A program made the translations under genes and the position numbers. The notes under the pieces are model-generated. The model worked only from the letters and a program-made list of their open reading frames with translations, searched no databases and had not been told where the DNA came from. Below, piece by piece: positions 25,977 to 37,960 of a stretch of DNA of 64,000 nucleotides (the first letter of the stretch is position 1; each line of letters begins with the position of its first letter). This DNA comes from Phoronis australis (lineage: Eukaryota; Animalia; Phoronida), in NCBI GenBank assembly GCA_002633005.1, contig NMRA01000055.1:372001-436000 (forward strand), read 5' to 3'.

Positions 25977-27782
25977 AGGCCAAATATGTGCCAAAATGAC
26001 TACTTTTATATCTAAACTACGTATTTTGATGAAAAACACCAACATACGGTGTTATAGTCTACCCCAGTCATTAATTAAGTCAGGCCTTTTACAATACAGC
26101 AGCCCAATCACGAACCCCATTTAGCGCCAAACAAAACTTGAGATGGCGCTTGCACCAATCGAAGTCTATGACGTCATCGTTACAACGAATTGGCCTTACA
26201 CCGTGTCACCATCGTATTAGAATTAGCAATGACTGGCAGTTTAATTTAATGCAAAATACGTGGAAAATCAAGGAAACACATTAATTGTTCATTTTATGTC
26301 AATTATTATTAAATTTGATCGAAATCATGACCTTTAAAATTTTTTTTATTCAATTATTTAGCACACATTCTAATACGGGCCCCGTATGGGAATCCCCGGG
26401 AAAGTGGCTGGGGTCGCCGAAACAGTCGGAAAAAACAGCTTCGCCTGAACTGTTATTAGGCACTTTTTACAATGTTTATTATCAAGTATTGTTTGCTTGA
26501 TACAAAAACTTTATGTTAGGAACTCTGCATTCATGTCTTCTTGAAGCCGAAGGTCAGTGAACGCTGCGCAATTCCAATCCGGGCCGCTGTGTGTGTCCCG
26601 TAGGCCTACTGGAATTGGTGACCATAGGCCGTTTAGTTTGGTGCAAAATACGTGGAAATATTACAACACATATTAGCGTGATCTTTTCGTAAAAAGCATT
26701 TATTGAAAATTTTATATTAGAAACTTAATTTTCAAAATAATTCGCCTTGAAATCCTTCAACCCGTAGTCGCCGCCATTTTGACTTGGTCAACCTCAAAAT
26801 ATTGAAAATTTAATGGCAACACAACGTTGTTAGTATCTGTAATAAATTAAAACTATGAAATAAAGTCTGGATTGCATGAACACATACCGAATGATAAGGG
26901 TTTGTTATCAATTGAACGACGGTCTTGAATTCAATCAAAAAATACTCCGGTATGGGCCGTCAGTATCAGAATTCCGTTAGCAGCAAATTTTTATCTAAAA
27001 CTCGGTTTGTTGGTCTTAAAAATATCCTTGTAACGGAATTAAACCAGTTCCGACAATTCGTGGCAGCGAATAACAGTTGATAGAAAAATAAACTGTTCAG
27101 GTCAGGTGACGTAATCACAAGAGAAACATTATAATTTTAGCAGTAGATGAGCGCGGGTAGAACGCCAATTTTTCCAACACCGGTATGCTAAATAATTTGG
27201 TTTACTCAAAGAAGAACTGGTAGCTTTTAATGAAACAACTTTTGTGTCAGATTTTATTTACCCGCATCGGCGCAAAGCTGTAGATTTTGTGTACAGCTTT
27301 GCACCTAGTCCAGCACAGACCTTGCTGATCCGGAATTTTGTCACCAGTCCTTGTCCTGGGTACGAATCTAGAATATTCCACGCACGGCATAAGACGGGAT
27401 CGTTGGGGAAGTTGTACAAATGTATGCCATTGCCGCTGACATTGGTACTCCCGTACACCATGCAGCGCGGCATTTTAGCCCAGAGATCGACAAGTACAGA
27501 ACGCCCAAGAAATGGCACTCAGCTGTTACGCAGTGTGGCTTCCGAGTAATTTCGTGGCCACGATGATGTCACATGAACCACCGCGCTGATTGGCTGAGAT
27601 TTTTTCCTCAGCTACGAATTATGGGTGCCGTAATTTGCGTCGCAATTAATTACTTTCTGTGGTATGTAAGAAGCAAAAACAATACTTTTTATGAACAGTA
27701 CTTGTGTTGCTGGTGTCAAAAAGTGTTTTAGCCGCTGGATGCTGTCTTCAAACCACAAATCTTACCAGTGCACAAAGGACCT
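25977..27782. mobile_element. Probable Kolobok-like deletion derivative
   Basis: Left TTAA+AGGCCAAATATGTGC, right GCACAAAGGACCT (right flank TTGT, not TTAA); internal direct repeat TGCAAAATACGTGGAAA (near 26250 and 26643); contains a THAP remnant. Confidence 0.4.
27258..27473 (-). pseudogene. THAP zinc-finger remnant (transposase N-terminus)
   Basis: MPRCMVYGSTNVSGNGIHLYNFPNDPVLCRAW matches THAP M..C.V.GC.N...G..L..FP.D.....W with the second Cys changed (AGT for TGT); a shifted frame continues RFVPRTR. Confidence 0.7.
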
Positions 27783-28878
27783 TTGTCATAGTGAACATTA
27801 AACAAGGTAGTCGTATTGGTTTTAGCTCAAGGAAAATTTGAAAATTTAAGAAAAAAGTTCATGCTGCTATACACAGACTAGGAGTTTACAAAAGAAATTA
27901 CTCCTTGGTATCTTTTTGATGTGTTCTGTAAAACTGGGCCAATTCATGCACAAACGTTCATAAAATGTTGACCCAGAAGTAGCATGCTATGACTGCAAAA
28001 GTTTCAACGTTTTTATCTAAGCTCATAATTTCACGGTGGTAGTCTCGAGTTTCATTCTCAGCAATTTTTACAAAATCATTGCATTATCATGACTAAAAAA
28101 GCACTAAATCCTGAGAACCCGAAAATGCGCAGACCCCGGTCATCCCCATAACGGAACACCTCACGAGTAAGCCTGCGATGCACGTTAGTGCTCACTGGCT
28201 AAAGAAGCAAGTGCAAAGACACGAGTTTACGAATGCCATTGGGCTGCGGGCAATTTCTTTTCATACTTCACAGTTATATGGTTGAAAATTTTCTCTAGAT
28301 AGTTTTATAACCAACAGCGTTGGTTTTCTTTTTTCACAATTTTTGCCCTTTCCGCCCTCATACCTGACGGTGATGATAGGAATATGTAGAAACGTCGTAA
28401 ATAATTCACATCAGCGTAGCTTTCAACTCTTCAACGTTTTACTGCTTGTGATCAAAATGTACGGCAACATTATCTGTTGCATAAATATTAAGTTCTGCTT
28501 TATGAAAAGTGACTTAAAGGGACTTAAGACAGAAATTTGATCTTAACGCTCCCATTTCACAGTTGCTGAATACTAAAGTTCGACCAAAGATATCATCGCC
28601 TAGAAATAATTGATAACGTCACTCAATATTAAAAAAACATATACATATGTTTCTTATATATGGTTGAGTCATTGGGAAATTCGAGAGCCTGTGAGTAGAA
28701 TATATATTACAGGTAAATAAAACAACAATAATGGAAGAACTGAAATTTTCGGATATAATATCATCCTTGGTCAACAGAAACAGAAATAAAGTAAAATCAA
28801 ACAAGATATGAAAAATGATATCTGATATTTGGCGTAATGAACATGATAGATTGTTGCGGAAAAAGTAAGGGACAAGAT

Positions 28879-29551
28879 TTAAGAAGTCTTTTTGTTTAAT
28901 CCCTTGGGTTCAAGTGTGTTAAGCTTATCTATCCAAAATTGTTCTCTTTTGAGTCTGTCAGGGGTATTGGGGTATTTGTACGGTAAGATCTTGAAGATTG
29001 TGGTTTTTGGAATTGAAATGAGTACTTATAGTATCAAAAATGTTTTTATGTATTATGTTAAATCTATGATTGCGAAACCGAGTTTGTAGATTATGTTGAG
29101 TTAGCCCTAGATTTTCTACATGTTATTAGACAAATGATATTGTTGGTGGTTCAGTCAGAGTAATGTTTTATTTCGAAGTTTTCTTGGTTTGAGAAGACTG
29201 GAAGAAAGTATTATCGTTGATAAAGTTACACATTTTGCATCTAGATTTCTTACATTGTGTGTTGCCAATAGCCTGCGCGCACCCACGGGGACTCAGGGGG
29301 GTTCGAACGAACTTTGCGCGCGAATGCACAATTCATAAGTCTGAACGTAGTACCCCGTTTTTTGTCCCCATTTTTTCAGTAAAAGGTCTGCATACTGAAA
29401 AATTCGAGCCCCCCCCCCTATATTTTAGGCTGGGTACGCGCATGAATAGGTTTGTCAGTTTGGTTTAGGCCTATATTGTCCATATTTGCTCTAACATTTA
29501 AAATTTTTTTTAGGCTTGTACATTTTCTCCAAGAAATTATTGGTGGATTCC
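28879..29551 (-). mobile_element. Penelope-like retroelement remnant (linker + GIY-YIG endonuclease)
   Basis: Hand translation across frameshifts: PPIISWRKCTSLKKILNVRA..KPIGNTQCKKSRCKMC..TTNNIICLITCRK..LQTRFRNHRFNI..ISTHFNSKNHNLQDLTV..RLKREQFWIDKLNTLEPKGLNKKTS*. Confidence 0.85.
29272..29444. mobile_element. 173-bp MITE with 5-bp TSD
   Basis: TIR CCTGCGCGCACCCA / TGGGTACGCGCATG; AATAG on both flanks (29267-29271, 29445-29449); removal restores the Penelope-like reading frame. Confidence 0.8.
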
Positions 29552-29643
29552 GTGTGGGTGTGTGTGTGTGTGAGTGTGTGTGTGCGTGTGCGCTCATGCA
29601 TGAATGCAAGAATGCATATGTTTGTATGTGCGTGTGTTTGAGT

Positions 29644-29693
<50 letters not shown>

Positions 29694-29725
29694 ATGTATG
29701 TATGTAGTAAGCGTGGGTGTGTATG
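29552..29725. repeat. Compound (GT)n microsatellite
   Basis: Directly visible; source of HT/CV repeat ORFs. Confidence 0.97.
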
Positions 29726-29847
29726 TAAGTACAAGGACAATTGGAAGACAAGTAGATGTCATGGCTTCACTGCCCGGCACTGGCTTACCCAGGAGCACTG
29801 AGACCCAATAAATGAAGTTTACATTGCTGGAATGCACTAAGACAAGA

Positions 29848-29906
29848 GCATCGTAGCGAGCCTCGTTTTGGAACGCGCCTCCTGTCGGCGTGAATATGGG
29901 TCTATG
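29848..29906 (-). mobile_element. Isolated terminus of the CATAGAC P-like element
   Basis: Reverse complement CATAGACCCATATTCACGCCGACAGGAGGCGCGTTCCAAAACGAGGCTCGCTACGAT nearly identical to 13328-13384. Confidence 0.8.
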
Positions 29907-30694
29907 GAAGCGGTAAATGAGACGGATGTTGGTAAATAGGTTTAAATGGAGATATTGGAGTGGCCAGTGTAAAGTTCTCTTGTTTTACTTTAGGTCATTG
30001 TATTGGACGTGGCATATTGAGCATAGAGATTTGATTTGGAATGATTAGATATGTTCGGACTATGTCCAGTCAAAACACTAACTGTAATATCAATTTGTGC
30101 GTTTCACATATGCGAAGACCATCAACCTAGACGCATTGAGTAAATACGTCGATCTGGAAACTAGGAACTGGCGCGTGAACATGAGGTCCATGGTACAAGT
30201 ACTAACACAATAAGACAAGTTCTAAGAGGTTGGAGAGACAGGTTTCAATTGTGGCATAGGCGGATTTAGCTGTTTTCTCGAGGTGACACAATGTGGTGTT
30301 GATAAGGCTGCTTCATGAACCATTTCACATTCAAATCGGCAAGACTTAGTCTTAGGCCGTAGCCAGGGGGTTCGGAGGGTTCGATCGAATCCCCCCACGG
30401 AAAAGGTCCAACCCCATCCTCTCCGTTAAAGCTAGTATATATATGGACAATAACAATAAAATTGTTGCAGCTACTCGCACTACTAACTGCAATGTTAACC
30501 AAGTTAGTGAATAATTTTGAATTTTGATTCAAAGTGCTTCACGTAATCATCGGGCCGTACGCTGCCAACTTCACCCGAGTGGTGTTTGGCAAAACGTAGA
30601 TGACAGTATCGTGGTTGATAATTCAATATTCCAACTTCATTCTCTTTTAGAAATGCACGTTCCTACTCATGTTTTAGTATTCTTAAGACATATC

Positions 30695-31675
30695 GGCAAT
30701 TTCGCATGCGCATGAAATCCAAATTAAGTGTTTTATTACCCGGGCGTTGTTTTCGGTAAAGCTGCAACACTGAGCGCATCTAATAACGTTCGTAATCACG
30801 ACCAAGATTTCGCTCGTGTTTTACGACCGAAATTGTTCGTCCATAATTACGCGCGTGATTCCGACCAAAACTTAGCGGCTCGTGTTTTACGACCGGAATC
30901 GCTATATCCAATAAGAAATTGGTTTATTGGTCACGTGAGCTCTAAAGAAGTTTTACGATCGTATTAATTTTTTCGCTCGTAATTTTATCAAGTATAGTAA
31001 TTATATTTAAGTACGAGTCCACGAGACCATCACCCATTAAATCAATACCCAGTTGATATTGTTTTTGTTATGCAAATGGTTCGTTTGCGAATGTCTTGAA
31101 TATAGAGTGAGTGATTTACCACCAACATTTGGAAATTTCACTAAACAACCCTATAAAAGTCGTTTTGAACCAGTATTTTTTGCAATGTCATATGTCTTTT
31201 GCACGCATTGTTCAGAGTAAGAGAATGAAACTTTGCCTAAATAAATGAAAAGGCAAGGTTATTTAAAAAAATAATGTAAAAGCATTGTCAGACAACCTGC
31301 TAGATATGCATTTTGGCACTTCAATATATTTTGGCACTTCAATATATACTAAAACGGATCTATTTCAAGTGCCTGGGATGGATAGGGCAGCAAGTAAAAA
31401 TATTTCAGTCAATCTTTGATATTTTTAATCTTTTGCACTTAAACTTTGCACCTGTGATTTTACCTTCTGAATACTTCATAATATGTGAAAACTACGAACG
31501 TGAAATTACGAATGTAAAACTTCGAGCAAAAAATATGAGTGTAAAATTACGAGCGCAACTGCGTCAGAGCCCACGTAACCAATAAACCACGAGTGAAGTC
31601 TCTGTCGTAATTACGCGCGACACTTTCACCGGTACTGCCCGCGATATATTCTGGGCCACATTACATGCGAATTTG
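30695..31675. mobile_element. Foldback/MITE-like element with internally repetitive inverted arms
   Basis: TGGTTTATTGGTCACGTGAGCTCT (near 30920) mirrored by AGAGCCCACGTAACCAATAAACCA (near 31566); repeated CTCGTGTTTTACGACCG units; related fragment near 32775-32885; limits approximate. Confidence 0.6.
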
Positions 31676-33647
31676 AGCTGCGTTCTTTGCTAGCAAACGT
31701 TACGGTATCCTGATTTCTAGTATTACAAATGTCGTCTTGTCTCTGGATTGTAGAACTCATAGCCCCCTACTTCAGCTGCGTCAAGGGCCTTACCGAAAAT
31801 TCCACAGTGTCGACGATTGCAAAATATCAAAGGTCCACCGTTCTAGAAATTCGAACCACCCCCGCGCAATGCTGCCGGCTACGGGACTGGACTATCTGGA
31901 TAGCCAAATACATCCAGAATAACAAAACTCCGTTAATCTCAGCATCCATCTCAGTTTACGGTGCCACGTGGCGGTCCATAGTTATAAACCCTGTCTACAT
32001 CATCATTGTGATTTCGAGAACGATTTGCAACACTTCTGATTTCGCCCGAGTTTCGTTCAACTCCGGAGAACAGCATAGTCCTAAGGACTTCGAAGGGCCT
32101 ATAGGCAGTGGTCTGACTGTTGCATAGGACTTCGTATACGAAATCGTGTACAGTAACAAGAATGCCTAAACAAGGCTTTTCTCGTATTTACCGATTAGTC
32201 AAATCCACAATGAGGGTTTAGTCGATGCCAGTGGTGAAGGTCACGAACGAATACATTGTGACTAGCGATTGAAAACCCACGTAAACGCCACATTGCATTT
32301 GCTAATTTGCACAGGAATATGATTTCCGGGCTACCCATTGGCCCACCAAAGCGTTTCTCCCATCATTCTAAACTATTTCGTAACAGGAGTCATCCTCGGG
32401 AACTGCTCCGGAGGATTCTGTTTCATATAGTACCTCGGTGATATGTTATCGCACATTCAAATCCAAACTTAGCTGTGGCCAATTAAAAGCAAATTTGGCA
32501 GTTGCGGGAAAAAACGGGTGGCCGAGAGCTGACAACATACCAAGCGATAAAAATCCTACTTGAACCGAGCAAGGCTAAATGCCAACCCTTCCTGGTGGAC
32601 GTCACAACTTTCCACCACTTCTGCAGTGGCCAGCGGTCGTGACTATTTTACCACCCACAACGATACCCTGGCCAACGTGCCCATATGTCTGACTGAGTGA
32701 GACGTGCCGCGGCCCGGGGAAGTAACCACCCGAGACTAGTCTACTAACCCGCCGCATATGCTAAAACATATTATCGTGGCTCATGTTTTACGACCGTAAT
32801 CGTTTGGTTTGAAGAAGTTGTACGCTGGTAATTTTACGTCGTTTCCCCCACAGTTTTACGCTCGTGTTTTTGCACTTGTAAAGTAGTAGTGTAAAATTAA
32901 ACTAAATAATCAGTTGTGTAGGACCCTAACAATGGCCAAATTTGGCTATCTCGAACCTCACATTTCAAACATAGCTGATTGCACTTTCCAAAGATGCTAT
33001 GCTTTATACGCTGTGGAAAGCGTAAATTAACGATAGCAGAATTACGAGTAAAATGAAGGTGATATCACGATTGAGTACAGTACCGAACGGCAATAGTTCT
33101 AGGGTGTGAGTCATGTCCTGGGAGTCAATGTCCTCTATACTTTGTGGAAAGGCATTTTTATGACGTATTGGTGCATTATGATGTGCTGAGTGCACTGTGC
33201 TCAATATTGCATTGACCACCACCAATAGACGCGGTTACACCAGTGCGTGAATAATAGCGAATCTTAGGTTAATGCACTTTGCAATGACCATAGTAACATG
33301 AGTAAGGGTCCAATCAACCTTCCAGACTCGAACACGATTTGCTTCGGTCGGTTTCTGACAGTTGGTTTCGAGTTCTGAGTCTGATGCCTTGGTCGTTTGA
33401 GAACTGGTGCTTCGCCGTGTTAGTTATGGACATTGGATGTTTCAGTTGAATTTTAGCGCCGTTTTTCAAAAACTTTATTTCCTTTTGAGTGGAATAATAA
33501 ATTTGAAGACAGCAACTTCATTTCCACGTTCGCATTCATATAATAACTGCGATTGATTTTAGGTGAGTTAGTGAAACGTTAATTTATTAGGGCCTAATTG
33601 TTTAGTAACAACTATAGTGTGCCTCTGAATTATCCAAGTATCATGCT

Positions 33648-33768
33648 CGCTGTGTGATTATAGGCCCACGCTGTGTGACTATAGGCCCACGCTGTGTGGC
33701 TATAGACCCACGCTGTGTGACTAGGCCCACACCGTTGTGTGACCAGGCCCACACCGTGTGACTGGGCC
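33648..33768. repeat. 21-bp minisatellite
   Basis: CGCTGTGTGACTATAGGCCCA units, degenerating rightwards. Confidence 0.9.
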
Positions 33769-34257
33769 CTCGATCACTAGCTGTGGCCGGGAACATCTGT
33801 CATAACAGCTCACTGCTGTCCGATGGGGATTCGGTGTCCAAAGTTGCATGTGCAAGAATTTGCTTCTAGAGGATGTGCTAAAATCCTTTCAAGTGAGGCC
33901 AATAAATTCATTACATTAACGACCTCGTTGTAGTTGGTGCGTGTAATTTTATCATGTAAAACCAAATATTTCGAGCGTGAAAGAGAATTTCAAAAACAAG
34001 AAAAAAAACGTAACGTGGCTCGGGAACACGGCAAATTCGGTTGTTGAAATAAATCCGGTATTGCGATTCAGTCATTCCGCTCCATTATACATCATTCTGA
34101 ACCCTAGTTCCGCTCGAACCACACTCCCGACTTGGTTTCCTTTAATTGAACAAAGCTTCCCATAAGTGATTAAAATCTAGTAACCTCTGTGGTTCATTCA
34201 TCATGCAAACCCATCACACACGTCAACGACCTACACATTCAGCCTCCGGCGGATAGC

Positions 34258-34414
34258 ATTGCATCATGTTCATTCACAATTGTTGTAGCCAATCAACACT
34301 ACACCCGGTAAACGAATGAGGCTCCTATTGGTGGACTTGTTTAGATTTCCTTTGACGTCACAACAACTACTACGGCACTGGCTTATGTATCATGCGCGCA
34401 CAGGATGTAAACAA
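34258..34414 (+). promoter_or_regulatory. ChaC proximal promoter motifs: AARE/CARE, CCAAT boxes, CRE, forkhead site
   Basis: ATTGCATCA 34258-34266; CCAAT 34289-34293; ATTGG 34327-34331; TGACGTCA 34353-34360; GTAAACAA 34407-34414; all within 170 bp of the ATG. Confidence 0.65.
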
Positions 34415-34426
34415 TAACAAACGACC

Positions 34427-34615
34427 ATGGGACTGACTAACATGAGGCGTCTATCGGAGCACTGGGAGAATAACTCAAGCATTTGGGTGTTTGGATACGG
34501 CTCGTTATTGTGGAAACCAAATTTTCAATTCAATTCATTTGTCGTTGGGTATATCCCTGGTTTCGTCCGACGATTTTGGCAAGGCAACGTGACACACCGA
34601 GGAACGCCCGAGTCG
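34427..34615 (+). CDS. CHAC1: ChaC glutathione-specific gamma-glutamylcyclotransferase, coding exon 1
   Basis: ACC-ATG-G start; IWVFGYGSLLWKP..GFVRRFWQG..HRGTPES ChaC signature; donor TCG|GTAAGT; 63 codons. CHAC1 rather than CHAC2 is inferred from the READLGGY motif and adjacency to INO80. Confidence 0.95.
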
Positions 34616-34816
34616 GTAAGTAATAACCAGTTGTGTTGTCCCAGTGCTAAATCCAATGATTTTGTTTGCATATCGCAAATCTCATCACGTCAATGAAAAA
34701 ATGTTTTAACACTGTAATTAACTCAAAACCCATCAACTGAAAACAACTTTAATTACTTTCGTGTAATCACGCTGCATACTGTCAGTCGTTAAGCAAAGTT
34801 TACTTGTTTATTTCAG

Positions 34817-34852
34817 CCTGGGCGGGTTGCAACATTGATCCAGCAAGAATCG
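34817..34852 (+). CDS. CHAC1: ChaC coding exon 2 (36-nt micro-exon, PGRVATLIQQES)
   Basis: TTTCAG|CCT..TCG|GTAAG; supplies the conserved PGRV.TL motif in frame; absent from the ORF track. Confidence 0.93.
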
Positions 34853-35817
34853 GTAAGAACGCAAATTCTGTTTTGTCCTAAGTTCTGGCCTGGTTACGAA
34901 CAATTATTCTCCAGCAGCTCCCGTGAATGGCCCTGATCCTCAATAACAGTACACGTGATCCAAGCACATAGGGGATTACATCATTCTTTCTCGCTTTGAG
35001 TGCAATTACCGTTTGTGTTTTGCAATCTGTTATGAATCAGGTCAGTACTGAGGAAGGTAAAATGTCCAGGCTACTAGCAAATTCATCCGAGTTCTTCTAA
35101 CCCTGCTTGGTGGCCACCGCCTTCACCTCCCACCCGGTCGTCCCCAATTTCGCACCCCCCCCCGCTCCCAGTTGCCATCGAGGTTTTACAGTCTCTGGCG
35201 AAAGGATATCATACCCCCATACGCGTTTCGGCGTCTTGCGGCCCTGTATATTGCAAATACGCAGTAAATGGTCCGTAGAGGTCGAGAAAATGTTCTCCTG
35301 GCAGATACCCTTGCGCAGCCGTTCACAAGTATGCACTTCACGAAATAATACAAAATTGTTCGTGACAAAAATCCAAAACTCCTCAGCTAGTGTGTAGTTT
35401 TCATCTACATGAACGGTAAATCATTAAAGTTTTTTGCCCCAAACTAATCCACTCACGTTCAAGACGTCAAAACAAGTCACTTGAAAGGAGAAAAACACGG
35501 GTCATTAGCGGGTCACATAGGGCTAAATGTTGGCACTGTTTGGGTGTGACCGCTGACCAACAACTGGGATTCATATAAAGTGATTCTTTATTAAACACAG
35601 AGGAACATTAATGTGTACCTGGTCGTGTGCAATCTGCGGGCTTTTAATATGGTCCCGATAGAGATGTGAATTCTAGTTAACTGAACTAAAATGTATGTGG
35701 TTTATTTTCATTCTTGTCGTCAAGCCGTCGATTGAAATGAATGTTGCAGGCATCAGAATTGCTATCGTTCGAAAACCAAGTCGGCTGATCTACATCATTT
35801 ATTAACGAACTTTTTTG

Positions 35818-35941
35818 ATTGGCTGCCCTCTGACGTCACTGTTTGTACAACCTACTGATACGGAAGCATTGTATTGAGTAACGCTCGCCCGAGGGCAGAA
35901 TGGTGAATGTTGACAAAGACCCTTTTGTCCATCTGACGTCA
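35818..35941. promoter_or_regulatory. Intronic CRE pair with CCAAT box (candidate enhancer)
   Basis: ATTGG 35818-35822; TGACGTCA at 35831-35838 and 35934-35941 in ChaC intron 2. Confidence 0.4.
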
Positions 35942-37960
35942 CTCGCAGGCACTAATTTAGCATCAGAACAGTCACAGAAAGATTTGTAACAAATAATGCT
36001 CTGTATTGTGATTTTCGTCATCCTCAAAAGTTCAGAATTAAGAATGTATTTTGCGGTTTGTTGCGTAGTAAATTCTGAGGTGCATTATAAATAAATAAGT
36101 TTGCTCAACTGGGTGTCTGATGTCCACCTTACAAGTATGCAACGGTTGTGTTTACGTTCCAGTTGTGTTTACGGCAGTGATAAGCGGTCTACTGTCTGTG
36201 AGTGGAATGTGGCCGAGCATTCGGTTATTTCATTTTTATCTTTAATTTTGAAAGTTAATCATAAATTAGCGTCGACCACAACGGTATGTTTTTGTTCAAA
36301 ATCGATTCACATTTGCTAAAGATTCCCCTACGTATCCATGAATAGTTCCATTGAAGAACAGCACTGTCTGTGGCCTGTCATACAAATGGTGTCACCACCC
36401 TGAATCATGTTACCAGTTGTTACTAAAACAAAAATAGGGACAATTTGTACTGAAAATGTCAACAACATGTGGCAAAATATCGGAATAAATGGTTCAAATC
36501 ATAACTGCCATATATACATACACAGATAGTTTCCGACACTGGTTTTAAAATTACGGACTAGTAACAGTCCAGCGCCGGCAACGATTAAAAAGCAACGGAC
36601 CGATTATGGTGGACTAGGCTAGGCGTGCTTTAATAGGTTTAACTAACTCTGGTAAACAAACAGTATATAAACAAAACAACGAACATGCAACATCAAATTA
36701 TTGAATAAAATTGCTGTACAGTTAGAATATCCTGACAGTTAAACTTGCGTAAATGTGGAACATAAATTTAGACGCGACTGCGCTATGGCCGGGCGGCTGA
36801 CTACCAAGAGAATACCATCTGGTGGCGAAATAACTTCAGGTAGAAAACTTGCCAAATGGTATAATATAAGTATTAATGAGTTTGAAATAAAAGGGATAAT
36901 TCCCACTTAGCCAGAAACATTCGTATACGCTGCTGGCCGGCGGAGCCGGACCGCCTGGCCTGCCATGCGCGGTCGGACATCTGTGTACCGCGCGGGGCAT
37001 AGACAACAGAGGTATATATTGTAAGTTTGTTTTTGTGAGGTTTGAAAATACATTGCCCCTGATAATTGAAAATCAAAGCCAATGTAGCGAAGTTATTACT
37101 TTTCCGGCGAATAGTCACGGCGATTGCAGGCCAGGGAATTAATTCGCCGGTTTCTGTGTCCTGGCAGCAAAATCAAACACAGATGTGGAGGTCATTGTTT
37201 TGAGATAAAACTTGTTTTTGTTTGTCGCCGTATGTGGTTTTTTATTTTGCATTCTTAAACGTCCGATAAAGCCGGTGCCGATTTGCTGCCAATTAGTGAA
37301 TTACGCACTGCGCTCACACGCCCGGGTAGTCACCGTGACACTTCAGGCTGGTACTTTGCATCAATTTCAAGATATGGCGATAAAGGTAATAAGACATTTG
37401 TTGATCGCGATGAGTCAGGCCTGAATGACCTCAGTAGCCAAGCATTGGCTACGGAAGACTGTGACGGTACTTCACAAACTTATGATTATGCATTAAATAC
37501 CATTCGTCATATGCAAAGAACAAGTAAAATTTGGACAATAAATAATCAAGTTTGTATAAAAAGAACCAAAATGGGAATCAAAAACAACCAAAGTAACAAC
37601 GCATTTACGCTCACAGTGATGTCAATACGTTTTCGAGGAAAACGTGACTGGCATTCAGGAATCGTTCCTGAACCGACACACAGCAACTCAGGTCACGGAA
37701 ATAGTCGATGATTTTCCGATCTCGGCCGATGTAAAAAATTGTGCTAAAAAGGCTTTTAGTTTGATAACAGAAAGGATGTGAACATTATGCCATGTTACAT
37801 ATTAGTTAAGTTGGTATATATTGTTAAGATTTTGAACTAGAATGTCCTTTGAGATAAGGATTTTAAGTGTATGTATGTGAATTGTTTACTTTTTTAAGTG
37901 TACATTTTATGTGAATTGTGCTTCACATCTCTGTTAGTAATATTTGAATGTTATTTTCAG

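Noticed and set aside
28366-28398. Hammerhead-like GTGATGA..GAAACGTC near the Penelope-like remnant
   Set aside because: First core base is G not C, stem II does not pair convincingly, and it is on the strand opposite to the ORF; at best a decayed relic
31729-32127. 132-aa ORF in CpG-rich sequence upstream of ChaC
   Set aside because: No recognisable motif or supporting splice structure; probably repeat-derived or chance
34289-34307. ERSE (CCAAT-N9-CCACG) in the ChaC promoter
   Set aside because: Position after N9 reads ACCCG, not CCACG
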